64,000 bases of DNA from Candidatus Omnitrophota bacterium (GCA_030593065.1 JAUVHV010000001.1:145965-209964), one strand, 5' to 3'; counted from the stretch's first letter, positions 25,587 through 36,731 are shown. The notes: a model not told the origin generated them from the sequence alone. A program made the numbers and translations.

Positions 25587-27530
25587 ATGAAGATAGCAAA
25601 TAAAATAACCTTTTCGTTTTTTATAACAGCACTTGTGCTTACAAGTATTGTGGCATCTGTTTTTTATTTTATAGCCAGAGACAACCTGGAAAGAGCTATA
25701 TCTGAGCACCTAAAAACCGCTATCCAGAAAACAGTATTCCAAGTCGATACATTTCTCAAGATGAACTTAGAGAAAGTCGAGCAATTTTCAAAAAGTGCCA
25801 TAATCAGGCGCCTCCTGCAAACAAAAAGAGAAAATAAAGATTATAAAAGTAGATTAAACGATGTTACGCAAAGATTGAAAAGTATAAAAAGCGTTAGCAG
25901 GTATCTGTACGATTTTTTTGTTATGGATAGAGACGGGATAGTTGTTGTTTCAACTGATGAGAAAGATATAGGAAAAGACAGGGGCGCTGATTCTTATTTT
26001 GTAAGCGCTAAAAAAAGCCCCTTTACAAAATCCGCTTATGTATCACGACACAAGAAAAAGGGTTCTTTAGTTTTCTTCATCCCCTTTATAAATGATACAA
26101 CAGGAGAGTTCCTTGGCATACTTGCCGCCAGAAGCACTGTGGAAGGTTTGAATAAAATAACCACAGACAGAACCGGCCTTGGCAAAACAGGCGAAATTTA
26201 CATCATAAATAAAGACGGCTACATGATAACCCCGTCCCTGTTTGTAGGGGATGCTTTTTTAAAGCAAAAAGTCGATACGGAAAATACAAGGAGAGCTTTT
26301 GAAGATATCAAGGAATTCGGCCGAAAAGTGTATTTACGAAAATTTCACAAACCCTTCATATATAGCGATTATCGTGGTATAAAAGTTTTGGGAATACACG
26401 AGCATATATTTCGAACAGAATGGATTGTTTTCGCGGAAATTGACAAGAAAGAAGCCTTTGCGCCCCTTGCGGCACTAAAGCTTATTTTGCTTTCCGTGCT
26501 GATTTTTGTGCCTCTGGCAGCATGGATAATCGGTGTATTTGTTTCACGAATTATTTCGGAGCCGATTTGCAAATTGCATAAGGGAACAGAAATAATCGGT
26601 AGTGGAAACCTGAATTATAAAACCGCCATAACTTCAAAAGACGAAATTGGCCAGCTTTCAAGGGCGTTTGACAAAATGACCAATAATTTGAAAGAGACAG
26701 TAGCTAGCCTTCAATGGGAGATTGGCAAACACAGGAAGGCAGAAGACGCTCTCCAGAATACATACAGGAAACTTAAAGATGCCCAGCAACAACTTATTGA
26801 ATCAGAGAAATTACGGGTTGTTGGACAAATAGCAAGTGGAGTAGCCCATGAAGTGAGGAATCCTTTAGGAATAATAATGCAGGTTATTAATTATATTGAG
26901 AATAAAATAATGCCTATGGAAGAAGACATCTCTAAAGCTTTGGGCATGGCCAAGAATAGCGTAAAGAGAGCCGACAAGATTATAAGTGCGTTGCTCAATA
27001 TTCCGAAAGCCACAAAACTGGAATTGCATCCAGAAAGGATAAACTCTCTTTTGGAAAGCTCTTTAAGTTTAATAAAAGATAAAATAAAAAATATTAAAAT
27101 TATTAAGGAAACGGAAAGTGGCTTACCTAAGGTTTTGGTAGATAAGAACAAATTGGAGCAGGTTTTTATTAATCTATTTTTGAATTCAGCTGACGCGATG
27201 CCTAAAACGGGCAGCCTGGTTATTCGCAGTTATGATAAAGAGTTTAAAGAAATAAAAAACAGCAAGCTTGCAAAAGATGTTGGTTTTTTTGAACCAGGGG
27301 AGCAAGTAGTGGTAGTAGAGATAGAAGATACGGGTATGGGTATATCTGAAGAGAACCAGAAGAAGATTTTTGATCCTTTTTTTACCACAAAAAGTTCAAG
27401 CAAAGGAACAGGCCTGGGCTTGTTTATGAGTAAGAAAATAATCGATAAGCACAATTGCTTGATAGGCATAGAAAGCCATTTGGGTAAGGGTACTAAAGTG
27501 ACTATTGTTTTAAAAATTATTGAGAGGTGA
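25587..27530 (+). CDS. Sensor histidine kinase with periplasmic Cache-like domain, HAMP, HisKA and HATPase
   Basis: Two TM segments flank a ~270-aa extracytoplasmic domain (ADRTGLGKTGEIYIINKDGY). H-box SGVAHEVRNPL. N/G boxes (NLFLNSADAM, DTGMGI, GTGLGL). Confidence 0.8.
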   Translation: MKIANKITFSFFITALVLTSIVASVFYFIARDNLERAISEHLKTAIQKTVFQVDTFLKMNLEKVEQFSKSAIIRRLLQTKRENKDYKSRLNDVTQRLKSIKSVSRYLYDFFVMDRDGIVVVSTDEKDIGKDRGADSYFVSAKKSPFTKSAYVSRHKKKGSLVFFIPFINDTTGEFLGILAARSTVEGLNKITTDRTGLGKTGEIYIINKDGYMITPSLFVGDAFLKQKVDTENTRRAFEDIKEFGRKVYLRKFHKPFIYSDYRGIKVLGIHEHIFRTEWIVFAEIDKKEAFAPLAALKLILLSVLIFVPLAAWIIGVFVSRIISEPICKLHKGTEIIGSGNLNYKTAITSKDEIGQLSRAFDKMTNNLKETVASLQWEIGKHRKAEDALQNTYRKLKDAQQQLIESEKLRVVGQIASGVAHEVRNPLGIIMQVINYIENKIMPMEEDISKALGMAKNSVKRADKIISALLNIPKATKLELHPERINSLLESSLSLIKDKIKNIKIIKETESGLPKVLVDKNKLEQVFINLFLNSADAMPKTGSLVIRSYDKEFKEIKNSKLAKDVGFFEPGEQVVVVEIEDTGMGISEENQKKIFDPFFTTKSSSKGTGLGLFMSKKIIDKHNCLIGIESHLGKGTKVTIVLKIIER

Positions 27531-27533
27531 AAC

Positions 27534-27920
27534 ATGGACAGAAAAAAAATATTGATTATTGACGACGAGGCAGACTTTTGCATGTTTGTTAAAATGAATT
27601 TGGAATTGGGATCTAAATTTGAAGTAGAGATAGCTTTAAGCGGCAAAGAAGGCATTGAATTGGCTAAAAGGATAAAGCCGGATCTGATTCTTTTGGATAT
27701 AATAATGCCAGAGATGGACGGTTTTGAAGTTTTGGCGAGATTAAAAAAAGATAAAAATACTATAGCGATTCCCGTTGTTATGCTTACAGCCAGAACAGAT
27801 GATACCTCTAAACTAAGAGCTTCTATGCTATACGACGAAAAATATCTTACAAAAACAATCGAGACTTCTCAGTTAAAAACAGAGATAGAAGAAGTCTTGC
27901 GCAGGAGAGGGAATATATAA
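27534..27920 (+). CDS. Response regulator, receiver domain only
   Basis: ILIIDDE, phospho-acceptor D in LILLDIIMP, T and K motifs. 128 aa with no output domain. Confidence 0.75.
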   Translation: MDRKKILIIDDEADFCMFVKMNLELGSKFEVEIALSGKEGIELAKRIKPDLILLDIIMPEMDGFEVLARLKKDKNTIAIPVVMLTARTDDTSKLRASMLYDEKYLTKTIETSQLKTEIEEVLRRRGNI

Positions 27921-28039
27921 TATATTTTATTTGATCAATATCCAAAGGGTAAGGAATATATTGATAAAACAGCTTGAAATCAGCAATTTTTAAGGTTATA
28001 ATAAAAAAGTTTTGAATTTAGAATCGCAAATGGTGAAAA

Positions 28040-29479
28040 ATGAAATATAAACATGCTTTATTCTTAAATCCGTATATTGAAAGTACCGCAACAAGCATCA
28101 TGGGCCTTTTTCCACCTACAGGCCTTGAGTATGTTGCTACCGGCGCCAAGGGCCTTGTGGATAAAATAACTCTTCTCGACTTAAGATATGAAAGAGATTT
28201 TTGCGATCCCGATAAATTGCTCGATTTTATACGTAAGGAAATAGATATTATATGCGTTAGCATCGGGTGGGACCGTCAATTTAAAGAAATCTGCGGCCTG
28301 CTAAACCTAATGCCGGATAATATACCTTTGGTCGTGGGTGGGTATAAAGCGACGGAGCAAGTTGAGGAGCTCTTTCGGGCTTGTTCGAAAATAAATATTA
28401 TCGTAAGAGGCGAGGGAGAAGAGACGATAAAAGAGGTACTAAAAGGGTTGCCGCTTGAAAATATTTTGGGTATTTCTTATAAAATAGATAACAAAGTGAT
28501 TCATAATAAGAACAGGCCTTTACAGGAAGTAGATGCCATAGCGACACCTGACCGCAATTTAAGGCGATATAAATACCGCTTGATATTAAACGGTATCAAC
28601 GTGACAAACTCAACATTTGATACAGTCTTGAGCGCGAGAGGGTGCCCTTTTAACTGCAAGTTTTGCACATTCAGTTTGAATCCGCTTGGACAAAAAAGAC
28701 AATACGCGGCACGCAGCGTTGAATCTGTTATCAAAGAGATAGAACAGATAACCGCTAATACCGTACTTTTCAGCGATGACAACTTTTTCACAAACATAAA
28801 AAGGGCAGAGGAGATTTGTGATTTAATAATAGCGCGCAAAATAAAAAAACGTTTCATAGCGCAGGCGCGTATTGAAATAGCGAGATACCCTAATCTTTTA
28901 AGCAAAATGGTCCAGGCGGGATTCAAGATACTCTTGATGGGCATAGAATCTCCGCATGATCGTATCCTGACTGAGCTTAATAAGGGTTTTGATACAGATA
29001 CCATAAGAAAATGTTTTGAGGTACTTAAAAAATACCCAATTTATTACCATGGTTACTTTATTTATGGCAACATAGGTGAGACCGAGGAAGAGATGTTATG
29101 TATATCGAAATTCGCAAAGGAGATAAGCCTTGACTCCATTACTTTCCAGAAGTTAAGAATAGAGAAATTTTCGCCCCTTAGAAAAATAGCGGAAGAGACA
29201 CCAGGTTACCATGTTACTGACAGAGGTGAACTTTACTCGGATACTTATAGCCACGCTGCCTTAAAGAAGATAGGTAGAAAGATAAAATTTTCTTTTTATA
29301 CACCAACCGCCCTTTTAAGAATATTGAAGAAATTTATGGCAATGAGATTTTTTAGTCTTAGTGAAGTTATGTCATTTATATCAGTAATCCCCCGCTTGCT
29401 AAAAGGTGTAATAGCTCGGGAGATAGAAAAGAACCGCCTTAAAGATTCCTTGAAACGCATATTTATAAAGAATACATAG
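28040..29479 (+). CDS. B12-binding domain radical SAM protein
   Basis: N-terminal cobalamin-binding-like Rossmann (IDIICVSIGW). CPFNCKFC (Cx3Cx2C) radical SAM cluster motif. Confidence 0.7.
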   Translation: MKYKHALFLNPYIESTATSIMGLFPPTGLEYVATGAKGLVDKITLLDLRYERDFCDPDKLLDFIRKEIDIICVSIGWDRQFKEICGLLNLMPDNIPLVVGGYKATEQVEELFRACSKINIIVRGEGEETIKEVLKGLPLENILGISYKIDNKVIHNKNRPLQEVDAIATPDRNLRRYKYRLILNGINVTNSTFDTVLSARGCPFNCKFCTFSLNPLGQKRQYAARSVESVIKEIEQITANTVLFSDDNFFTNIKRAEEICDLIIARKIKKRFIAQARIEIARYPNLLSKMVQAGFKILLMGIESPHDRILTELNKGFDTDTIRKCFEVLKKYPIYYHGYFIYGNIGETEEEMLCISKFAKEISLDSITFQKLRIEKFSPLRKIAEETPGYHVTDRGELYSDTYSHAALKKIGRKIKFSFYTPTALLRILKKFMAMRFFSLSEVMSFISVIPRLLKGVIAREIEKNRLKDSLKRIFIKNT

Positions 29480-29533
29480 CGAGAAGCAATAGTTGTATAC
29501 AACGTCACCCAACGATGTTAACATGGAGAAAAG

Positions 29534-30742
29534 ATGAAACAGACGCCACGCCAGACAAATGCTTCGTTTTACGGCCTCGGGATTGCCCCGAGAATACTGG
29601 ATATACTGGATCGAATGAAGTTTACCGTTCCTACGCCCATTCAGCACAAGACCATACCCATTGCCATAGAAGACAAAGATATTATAGGGGTCGCGCAGAC
29701 CGGCACTGGTAAGACACTTGCTTTTACTATCCCTATTATTCAGAGACTTTCCCAGAGAAGAGGCCGTGCGCTCATTCTTGTACCTACCAGAGAACTTGCT
29801 ATTCAGGTTAATGAGACATTTGAGAAGATTGCCTCGCCATTTGGCATAAAGACAGCTGTTATTATAGGCGGCGCATCCATGCATTTGCAGCTAAAAGCAC
29901 TAAGAAAAAACCCGCGTGTTCTGGTTGCTACTCCCGGACGCCTTGTCGACCATATGGAGCGGGGTACAGTTCTTTTGGCTGATATAAATGTTCTGGTTCT
30001 GGATGAGGCGGATCGCATGCTTGACATGGGATTTCTGCCGCAGATTGAAAAAATCATTAAATTTATTCCACGAAACAAACAGACCATGTTTTTTTCAGCG
30101 ACTATACCGGCAGAGATCGTGAAGATGGCAGCCGCGCACATGAAGCTTCCTATACATGTTGAAGTTGCCCCCTCAGGGACTACCGCTGAGCGTGTTATAC
30201 AGGAAGTCTTTATTATTAAGAGAAGCTCAAAACATCAGCTTTTAATGAAGCTGCTTAACCGCTATCATGGCCCGGTACTTATCTTCTCCCGGACAAAAAT
30301 AGGCGCCAGAAAGATCACACGCGATTTACAGCGGACGAATCACAGAGCTGCTGAGATTCACTCAAACCGTTCACTCATCCAGAGAAAAGAGGCCTTGAAT
30401 GGTTTTAAATCAGGAAAGTATAAGATACTTGTTGCCACTGATATTGCCGCCAGGGGCATCGATGTTACAGGCATAGAGCTTGTTATAAACTATGATCTCC
30501 CGGATGACACTGAGAATTATGTACATCGTATCGGCCGTACAGCCCGCGCCGGGCACGAAGGCCGCGCTATATCTTTCGCGACCCCTGAGCAGGGCAAGGA
30601 TGTTAAAAATATTGAAAAACTTATTAAGACCGCGCTTCCGATAGTAGAACACCCGGGATTTCCAAAAGAGAAATTTATTAGAGAGCCAAAATACCACCAG
30701 AGCCCAAAACCGTATAAAGGAAGACGAAGAAGGCGCAACTGA
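29534..30742 (+). CDS. DEAD-box ATP-dependent RNA helicase
   Basis: Q-motif, AQTGTGKT (I), PTRELA (Ia), DEAD (II), SAT (III), HRIGRTAR (VI), basic C-terminal tail. Confidence 0.85.
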   Translation: MKQTPRQTNASFYGLGIAPRILDILDRMKFTVPTPIQHKTIPIAIEDKDIIGVAQTGTGKTLAFTIPIIQRLSQRRGRALILVPTRELAIQVNETFEKIASPFGIKTAVIIGGASMHLQLKALRKNPRVLVATPGRLVDHMERGTVLLADINVLVLDEADRMLDMGFLPQIEKIIKFIPRNKQTMFFSATIPAEIVKMAAAHMKLPIHVEVAPSGTTAERVIQEVFIIKRSSKHQLLMKLLNRYHGPVLIFSRTKIGARKITRDLQRTNHRAAEIHSNRSLIQRKEALNGFKSGKYKILVATDIAARGIDVTGIELVINYDLPDDTENYVHRIGRTARAGHEGRAISFATPEQGKDVKNIEKLIKTALPIVEHPGFPKEKFIREPKYHQSPKPYKGRRRRRN

Positions 30743-30770
30743 TTCCATAATAAATTAAGATAATAATAAA

Positions 30771-32648
30771 ATGAGAATAACTACAAAAATAACTTTTTCT
30801 TTTTTGCTATTGATGATTTTGATTATGGCTCTGGCAATGTCTGCTTTGTATGTAGTAGGTAAAAGATACATGACTAACGCCATATTTGACCATTTAATTA
30901 CTACCAGCGAGGCAAGGGCAGATAACATTGATACATACTTAGAGATGCAGAAGATTATAGTAAAACAATTATCTGAATGCATACTTTTGGAAAGGTTTTT
31001 ATCCACAAGCAGGGAGGCTTCTAATTATGTTGAGAGATTAAGAATAGCTACAGAAAGGTTGAAAAGGATACAAGAGGTCAATGAAGATCTCTTTTATGAA
31101 TGTTTCATCATGAATAAGGAGGGCAGAATAGTCGCTTCCAGTAATATGGGTTCGGTTGGACTGGATAGGGCGGATGATGCCTACTTTTTAGGGGCAAAGA
31201 AGGAAGGAGTTTATATTAAGGATGCTTATTATTCTAAGATTACGAAACAAGCCTCATTAACATTTTCCGCGCCAATCATAAATCGTAAAACAGGAGAATT
31301 TTTAGGTGTAGTTGTTAACAGGGTTAGTTTAAGTTCGCTAAATAAAATAACCGCTGACCGAACCGGCCTGGGTGAGACAGGAGAGACGTATTTAGTAAAT
31401 AAGAACGGATATATATTAACCCAATCTCGTTTTGTAGACAATGCCCCTCTTGCATTAATGGTCATTTCTAAGATCAGAAGAGATGACCTTGATCATGATA
31501 GAAGAGTTAGCACGGTATCGCATATATATAATTCTCATATATATACAAATTATAATGGTATTAAAGTATTGGGCGTATGTGCCCGTATTTCCAGGATGCA
31601 GTGGTGCCTCTTGACTGAGATCAGCACAAGCGAAGCATTTGCGCCTTTGCACAGATTAAATTTTGTTTTGCTTGCTATAACGATTTTAGCGCTGGTACTA
31701 ACCTGGCTGGCAGGGAGATTTGCCGCAAGACTCATTGCCGAACCTATTTATCAATTACATAGAGGTACTGAGATAATCGGCCAGGGAGATCTCGATTATA
31801 AAGTAGATATGAAAGCAGATGACGAAATCGGTGCTCTCTCAAAGGCGTTTGACAAAATGACCGGGAATTTGAAAAAGACCACTACCTCAATAGTCAGTCT
31901 CGAGATGGAGGTTGTTGAGCGCAAGAAAGCGGAGGAAGAAGCGAAAAAAGCCGTGCAGATTAAATCTGAATTTATCTCTATGGTTTCGCATGAGTTGAGG
32001 ACCCCGCTTACTGTAATAAAAGAGGGCATTGCCATGACTTTAGACGGCTTAGCAGGCCCGCTGAATGATGAGCAGAGAGATTTCCTGGTTGCGGCAAAGA
32101 GAAATGTAGACAGGCTTACCAGATTGATCAATAATATCCTGGATTTCCAAAAACTGGAATCCGGGAAAGTGGATTTTAATATTGAAAAAGATGATATAAA
32201 TGAGGTTATTAAGGTTGTCCAGAAAGAGCTGGCTTACCAGGCAAAGGAGAAAGGCTTGGATCTTATTCTCAAGCTTGGTGAAAATCTACCCATGATAAAA
32301 TTTGATAGAGATAAAATTACCCAGGTCCTAATGAATCTTATCAATAATTCCATTAAATTTACTGATAAAGGAAGTATTACAATAAGTACCACCCAAGAAG
32401 GCAATGTTATTGGTGTTTCAGTAAAAGATACCGGCATTGGCATTGAAAAAAAAGAGATTCCAAGGCTATTCCATAAATTCGAACAGGTATCAAAAACCGA
32501 GGATAAAAGAACTGGCGGGACAGGATTGGGCCTGGCCATTTCAAAAGAGATCATCGTAATCCATAAAGGTAAAATTTGGGTAGAATCAGAACTGGGCAGA
32601 GGTGCTACATTTTATTTTGTTTTGCCTGTCAAGGAACGAAGAGGTTAG
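30771..32648 (+). CDS. Sensor histidine kinase with periplasmic Cache-like domain (paralogue of 25587)
   Basis: ADRTGLGETGETYLVNKNGY ligand-domain motif shared with 25587. H-box SHELRTPL. HATPase N/G boxes. Confidence 0.8.
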   Translation: MRITTKITFSFLLLMILIMALAMSALYVVGKRYMTNAIFDHLITTSEARADNIDTYLEMQKIIVKQLSECILLERFLSTSREASNYVERLRIATERLKRIQEVNEDLFYECFIMNKEGRIVASSNMGSVGLDRADDAYFLGAKKEGVYIKDAYYSKITKQASLTFSAPIINRKTGEFLGVVVNRVSLSSLNKITADRTGLGETGETYLVNKNGYILTQSRFVDNAPLALMVISKIRRDDLDHDRRVSTVSHIYNSHIYTNYNGIKVLGVCARISRMQWCLLTEISTSEAFAPLHRLNFVLLAITILALVLTWLAGRFAARLIAEPIYQLHRGTEIIGQGDLDYKVDMKADDEIGALSKAFDKMTGNLKKTTTSIVSLEMEVVERKKAEEEAKKAVQIKSEFISMVSHELRTPLTVIKEGIAMTLDGLAGPLNDEQRDFLVAAKRNVDRLTRLINNILDFQKLESGKVDFNIEKDDINEVIKVVQKELAYQAKEKGLDLILKLGENLPMIKFDRDKITQVLMNLINNSIKFTDKGSITISTTQEGNVIGVSVKDTGIGIEKKEIPRLFHKFEQVSKTEDKRTGGTGLGLAISKEIIVIHKGKIWVESELGRGATFYFVLPVKERRG

Positions 32649-32649
32649 T

Positions 32650-33018
32650 ATGGCAAAAAAGATATTGGTTGTTGATGATGAGCCTGATATTCTTAAAATT
32701 ATTACATTCAGGTTGAAAAATGAAGGCTATGAAGTTATAGCAGCGAAGAATGGCCAGGAAGCCCTTGATTTAGTGAACAGGGAGATGCCCGATTTAGTGC
32801 TTTTGGATCTGCGCCTGCCTGTTATCAGCGGATATAAGGTCTGCGAAATCTTAAAGGCAGATAAAAACCTGAAACAGATACCAATTGTTTTTTTAACGGC
32901 GAGTGTTATAAAAGGCAACATTGCAAAAAAGGCAAAGGAATTCAAGGCGGACGGTTACCTGATAAAACCATTCGACCCAATAAAATTATTGGAAACAGTA
33001 AAGAGACTTATAAAATGA
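32650..33018 (+). CDS. Response regulator, receiver domain only
   Basis: MAKKILVVDDEPD... The ORF-track 5' extension from 32602 overlaps the kinase gene. The ATG at 32650 follows the kinase stop. Confidence 0.7.
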   Translation: MAKKILVVDDEPDILKIITFRLKNEGYEVIAAKNGQEALDLVNREMPDLVLLDLRLPVISGYKVCEILKADKNLKQIPIVFLTASVIKGNIAKKAKEFKADGYLIKPFDPIKLLETVKRLIK

Positions 33019-33061
33019 TGGGCGCAGGATACAAATTATAAGTATATATGGGGGGGTAGGT

Positions 33062-33439
33062 GTGAGTCAGCATAAAATATTGATAGTAGATGATGAGGAA
33101 GATCTTGTTACAATGATAAAGTTGAGGCTTGAGGCAGCGGGATATGATACGCTTGAGGCATATGATGGCCAGGAAGCGCTTAAAAAGGCACAGGATCAAA
33201 ATCCTGATCTTATTATACTTGACCTTATGCTTCCAAAGATGAATGGATATAAGGTATGCAGAATGTTAAAGTTCAATGAGAAATACCGGCATATTCCTAT
33301 TATCATGTTTACAGCTAAAGTACAAGATACAGACAAGCAGATGGGCCAGAAAGTGGGCGCTGATGCATATATAATTAAGCCTTTTGAACCGGATATTTTG
33401 CTTGGTAAGATAAGGGAGTTATTGTTTCAACACAACTAA
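33062..33439 (+). CDS. Response regulator, receiver domain only
   Basis: KILIVDDEED, LIILDLMLP, conserved K in IIKPF. GTG start. Confidence 0.7.
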   Translation: MSQHKILIVDDEEDLVTMIKLRLEAAGYDTLEAYDGQEALKKAQDQNPDLIILDLMLPKMNGYKVCRMLKFNEKYRHIPIIMFTAKVQDTDKQMGQKVGADAYIIKPFEPDILLGKIRELLFQHN

Positions 33440-33454
33440 GGCCGGTTATTACAA

Positions 33455-34228
33455 ATGCTAAAGTACCGATATATATATGGCCCAGTCAATTCGTGGAGGT
33501 TAGGCCGCTCTCTTGGCATAGATCCCATTTCATCCAGTAAGAAGATATGTACATTTGATTGCATCTACTGTCAGGTGGGAAGGGCTAGGCCGTCTTTTGC
33601 GAAAAGAAAAGTTTTTGTCCCCACAGAAAAACTTATCAAAGAATTCAAATGCTTTCCCTATACAAAGGTAGATTATATTACCCTCTCAGGCACGGGAGAG
33701 CCCCTTCTGGCAAAGAACCTAGGCAGCATAATCAAGAGAGTAAAACGCTTACGGAAAGAAAAGATAGCTGTTCTTACTAATTCCACACTTTTAGGAAGAA
33801 AAGATATCCAAAGAGAACTCAAAGACGTGGATCTGGTTGAAGCAAAACTCGACGCGTCATCAAATAACCTGCTTCGAAAAATTAACAAACCATACGATTC
33901 AATAAACCTAAAAAAGATAGTGAGTTCAATAAAAAGATTCAAAAAGCACTTTACGGGAAAACTTGCTTTGCAAATTATGTTTACAAAAGATAACCTCAGT
34001 GCCGCAAAAGGTATCGCAAAGATAGCAAAGTCCATAAAGCCAGACAGCGTTCATATAAATACTCCTTTAAGGCCTTGCGGGGTCAAGCAGGTTTCAAAAA
34101 AAGAGATAGAAAAAATCAAATCTTATTTTACGGGCTTAAAAGTCATTTCTGTATATGATAAAAGAAAAAATAAGCAGACAAAACCTATAAGCAGGAAAGA
34201 GACTTTGAAGCGCAGAGGAAAAATCTGA
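33455..34228 (+). CDS. Radical SAM domain protein (small, function unknown)
   Basis: CTFDCIYC Cx3Cx2C motif near the N-terminus. 257 aa. Confidence 0.55.
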   Translation: MLKYRYIYGPVNSWRLGRSLGIDPISSSKKICTFDCIYCQVGRARPSFAKRKVFVPTEKLIKEFKCFPYTKVDYITLSGTGEPLLAKNLGSIIKRVKRLRKEKIAVLTNSTLLGRKDIQRELKDVDLVEAKLDASSNNLLRKINKPYDSINLKKIVSSIKRFKKHFTGKLALQIMFTKDNLSAAKGIAKIAKSIKPDSVHINTPLRPCGVKQVSKKEIEKIKSYFTGLKVISVYDKRKNKQTKPISRKETLKRRGKI

Positions 34229-34242
34229 ATATTGGATGCCGA

Positions 34243-35181
34243 ATGAAGACTATGAATATCTATGATGTGATAATAATTGGCGCGGGCCCGGCAGGCCTGA
34301 CAGCAGCTATGTATACCTCACGCGCTTGCTTAAAGACGCTTATCATTGAGAACCCGTCTATTATGAGCCAGGCAGGTTATGCTGTACTTGTAGAAAATTT
34401 TCCCGGCTTTACGCAAGGGGTAAGCGGGCCTCAGTTTATAGCAAACCTAAAGAGTCAGGCTATATCTCTTGGCGCAGAACTTATAGTTGGCAATGTTAAC
34501 AGTGTTAAATTTCTGAAACAGCAGAACCACGGGATCTGGCAAATCAATACATTAGATAAGACTTATCGGGCCCTGTCGCAGATAGTTGCTTCTGGAGCAA
34601 GCGCAAGGAAGCTGGATATTCCGGATGAGGATAGATTCCTTGGTAAAGGCCTCTCATATTGCGCAACCTGTGATGGCGCATTCTTTAAAGATAAGGAGAT
34701 AGCGGTAATAGGAGGTGGTAATTCAGCTGTTGAGGAGGCCATATTCTTAACGCGATTTGCAGGCAAGGTTACTATTATTCACAGAAGAGATAAGCTACGC
34801 GCAACAAGATTTCTGCAGGAGAAGGCATTCTCCAATAAAAGAATAGATATATTATGGAACTCTATAGTAGATAAGATTTTAGGTGACAGCAAGGTCTCAG
34901 GTTTAAGGCTTAAGAATCTCGATACTAATACATTAAGAGAACTTAGATGTGAAGGTGTTTTTGTATCAATAGGTAAAATACCCAATACAGAGTTCTTAAA
35001 AGGCGTAACCAGTTTAGATGATAACGGTTATGTAATAACGGATAGAGAGCTTAAAACATCAGAAAAAGGCATATTTGCCTGTGGTGACTGCCGTGATACA
35101 TTTTTAAGGCAGATTGTAACAGCCTGCGGTGACGGCGCTTTAGCAGCTTACAGCTGCCAACAATATATTGAGCAAAGGTAG
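34243..35181 (+). CDS. trxB: Thioredoxin-disulfide reductase
   Basis: VIIIGAGPAGLTAA FAD site, redox-active CATCDG, second GGGNSAVEEA NADPH site. 312 aa. Confidence 0.8.
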   Translation: MKTMNIYDVIIIGAGPAGLTAAMYTSRACLKTLIIENPSIMSQAGYAVLVENFPGFTQGVSGPQFIANLKSQAISLGAELIVGNVNSVKFLKQQNHGIWQINTLDKTYRALSQIVASGASARKLDIPDEDRFLGKGLSYCATCDGAFFKDKEIAVIGGGNSAVEEAIFLTRFAGKVTIIHRRDKLRATRFLQEKAFSNKRIDILWNSIVDKILGDSKVSGLRLKNLDTNTLRELRCEGVFVSIGKIPNTEFLKGVTSLDDNGYVITDRELKTSEKGIFACGDCRDTFLRQIVTACGDGALAAYSCQQYIEQR

Positions 35182-35215
35182 AATAAAATAACCTTCTTTT
35201 AAATAATGGAATAAA

Positions 35216-36307
35216 ATGAACAGTAAAGAGATCAAAGCGCACAAGAAGGCCAAACAAGCGATATTAGATGTGGCAGAAGAATGGCAGAGGACATTTGACT
35301 CGATTTCAGACATAGTCTTCATACAAGACACAAACTTTATCATTACCAGGGCAAATAAGGCCATGTTTACGACTCTCAAGAAAAAGGCTAATAAGGTTAT
35401 TGGCAGGAAATGTTATGAAGTTTTGCATAATAGGGATAAGCCATGCCCTAACTGCGCGCTTAAAAAAGCCGTACTCGATAAGAAAAAGCATATAATAGAA
35501 GTTGAAGACCCGAATATAGGTATTCCTCTTTCAATCATCGTCTCCCCCCTATTTGATAAAGAAGGTGAGTTTATTGGTTCTGTTCATATTGCAAGGGATA
35601 TCAGCGAGGGAAAAAAAATAGATGAGATAAAGGATGAGTTTGTATCTACTGTATCCCATGAGTTGCGTACGCCGCTATCTATTATAAAAGAGAGCATATC
35701 CTTACTATTGGATGAACTGCCTGGTAAGATAAATGACGGGCAGAGGAAGATCCTTACTATGGGAAGGAATAATGTAGATCGTTTAGCACGAATTGTAAAT
35801 GACCTTCTTGATATATCGAAGATAGAGTCAGGTAAAATAGGGATTAAAAAGACAATAGTCAATATTTCGAGCCTGATTAAAGATATCTGTGAAAACTGGA
35901 TCTTAGAGTTTGATAAGGAAAATAGAGAACTAACGCTGCATTTACCAAAAGCACCTGTGGACATACATGCTGACTATGATAGGATAAGCGAGGTAATAAA
36001 TAATCTTATATCAAATGCCTTAAAATTTACACCTGAAAAAGGGCATGTGGATATCTATGTAAAGGATGTGAAAGACGGGGCTGAAGTTACGATTACTGAT
36101 ACAGGTGTAGGAATATTAAAAGAGGATATACCAAAGCTATTTACAAAATTCCAGCAGTTTGGCAGAAGGGTAGGCCCGGGAGCCAAAGGAACAGGTTTAG
36201 GCCTTGCTATTGTAAAGCAACTTATAGAGCTCCACGGAGGAAATATCAGGGTAGAAAGCAATATTAAGAAAGGAACCAGCTTTATATTTACTATCCCTAA
36301 AAAATAA
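35216..36307 (+). CDS. Cytoplasmic PAS-domain sensor histidine kinase
   Basis: PAS-like N-terminal region (two Cys pairs, possible cofactor). H-box SHELRTPL. N/G boxes NLISNALKFT, DTGVGI, GTGLGL. Confidence 0.8.
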   Translation: MNSKEIKAHKKAKQAILDVAEEWQRTFDSISDIVFIQDTNFIITRANKAMFTTLKKKANKVIGRKCYEVLHNRDKPCPNCALKKAVLDKKKHIIEVEDPNIGIPLSIIVSPLFDKEGEFIGSVHIARDISEGKKIDEIKDEFVSTVSHELRTPLSIIKESISLLLDELPGKINDGQRKILTMGRNNVDRLARIVNDLLDISKIESGKIGIKKTIVNISSLIKDICENWILEFDKENRELTLHLPKAPVDIHADYDRISEVINNLISNALKFTPEKGHVDIYVKDVKDGAEVTITDTGVGILKEDIPKLFTKFQQFGRRVGPGAKGTGLGLAIVKQLIELHGGNIRVESNIKKGTSFIFTIPKK

Positions 36308-36317
36308 GGAGAAGAGT

Positions 36318-36731
36318 ATGGATAAATTAAAGGTTTTGGTGGTTGATGATGAACCGGAATTTGTAGAGCTTATAAAGTTCGGGCTTGAATGTAAGGGGTA
36401 TGACGTTATAGTCGCTTTTGATGGGAATGATGGCCTCAAAAAGATAAAGAAAGAGAAGCCCGACGCTGTGCTTCTGGATATACTTATGCCGGGCCTAGAT
36501 GGCATTGAGGTATTAAGGAGGATACGAAGAGGCAATAAAGACTTACCTGTATTTATTGTTACAGCATACTCTAATGAAGAACGTTTTGATAAGGCCAGGC
36601 AGTATAATGTCTCTGGGTTTATAATAAAGACATCGGATCTAAAGCAGGAGATTGCAAACATAACCAGTGCTATCAGAATATCGCCTATGTATAAATCCAA
36701 GAAAAATAAACCTGCAGGGAAAAAGAGATGA
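36318..36731 (+). CDS. Response regulator, receiver domain only
   Basis: LKVLVVDDEPE, AVLLDILMPG, IIK. 137 aa. Confidence 0.7.
   Translation: MDKLKVLVVDDEPEFVELIKFGLECKGYDVIVAFDGNDGLKKIKKEKPDAVLLDILMPGLDGIEVLRRIRRGNKDLPVFIVTAYSNEERFDKARQYNVSGFIIKTSDLKQEIANITSAIRISPMYKSKKNKPAGKKR

Noticed and set aside
32602-32649. 5' extension of the response regulator ORF
   Set aside because: Overlaps the kinase 3' end. The ATG at 32650 with MAKKILVVDDE is the plausible start.
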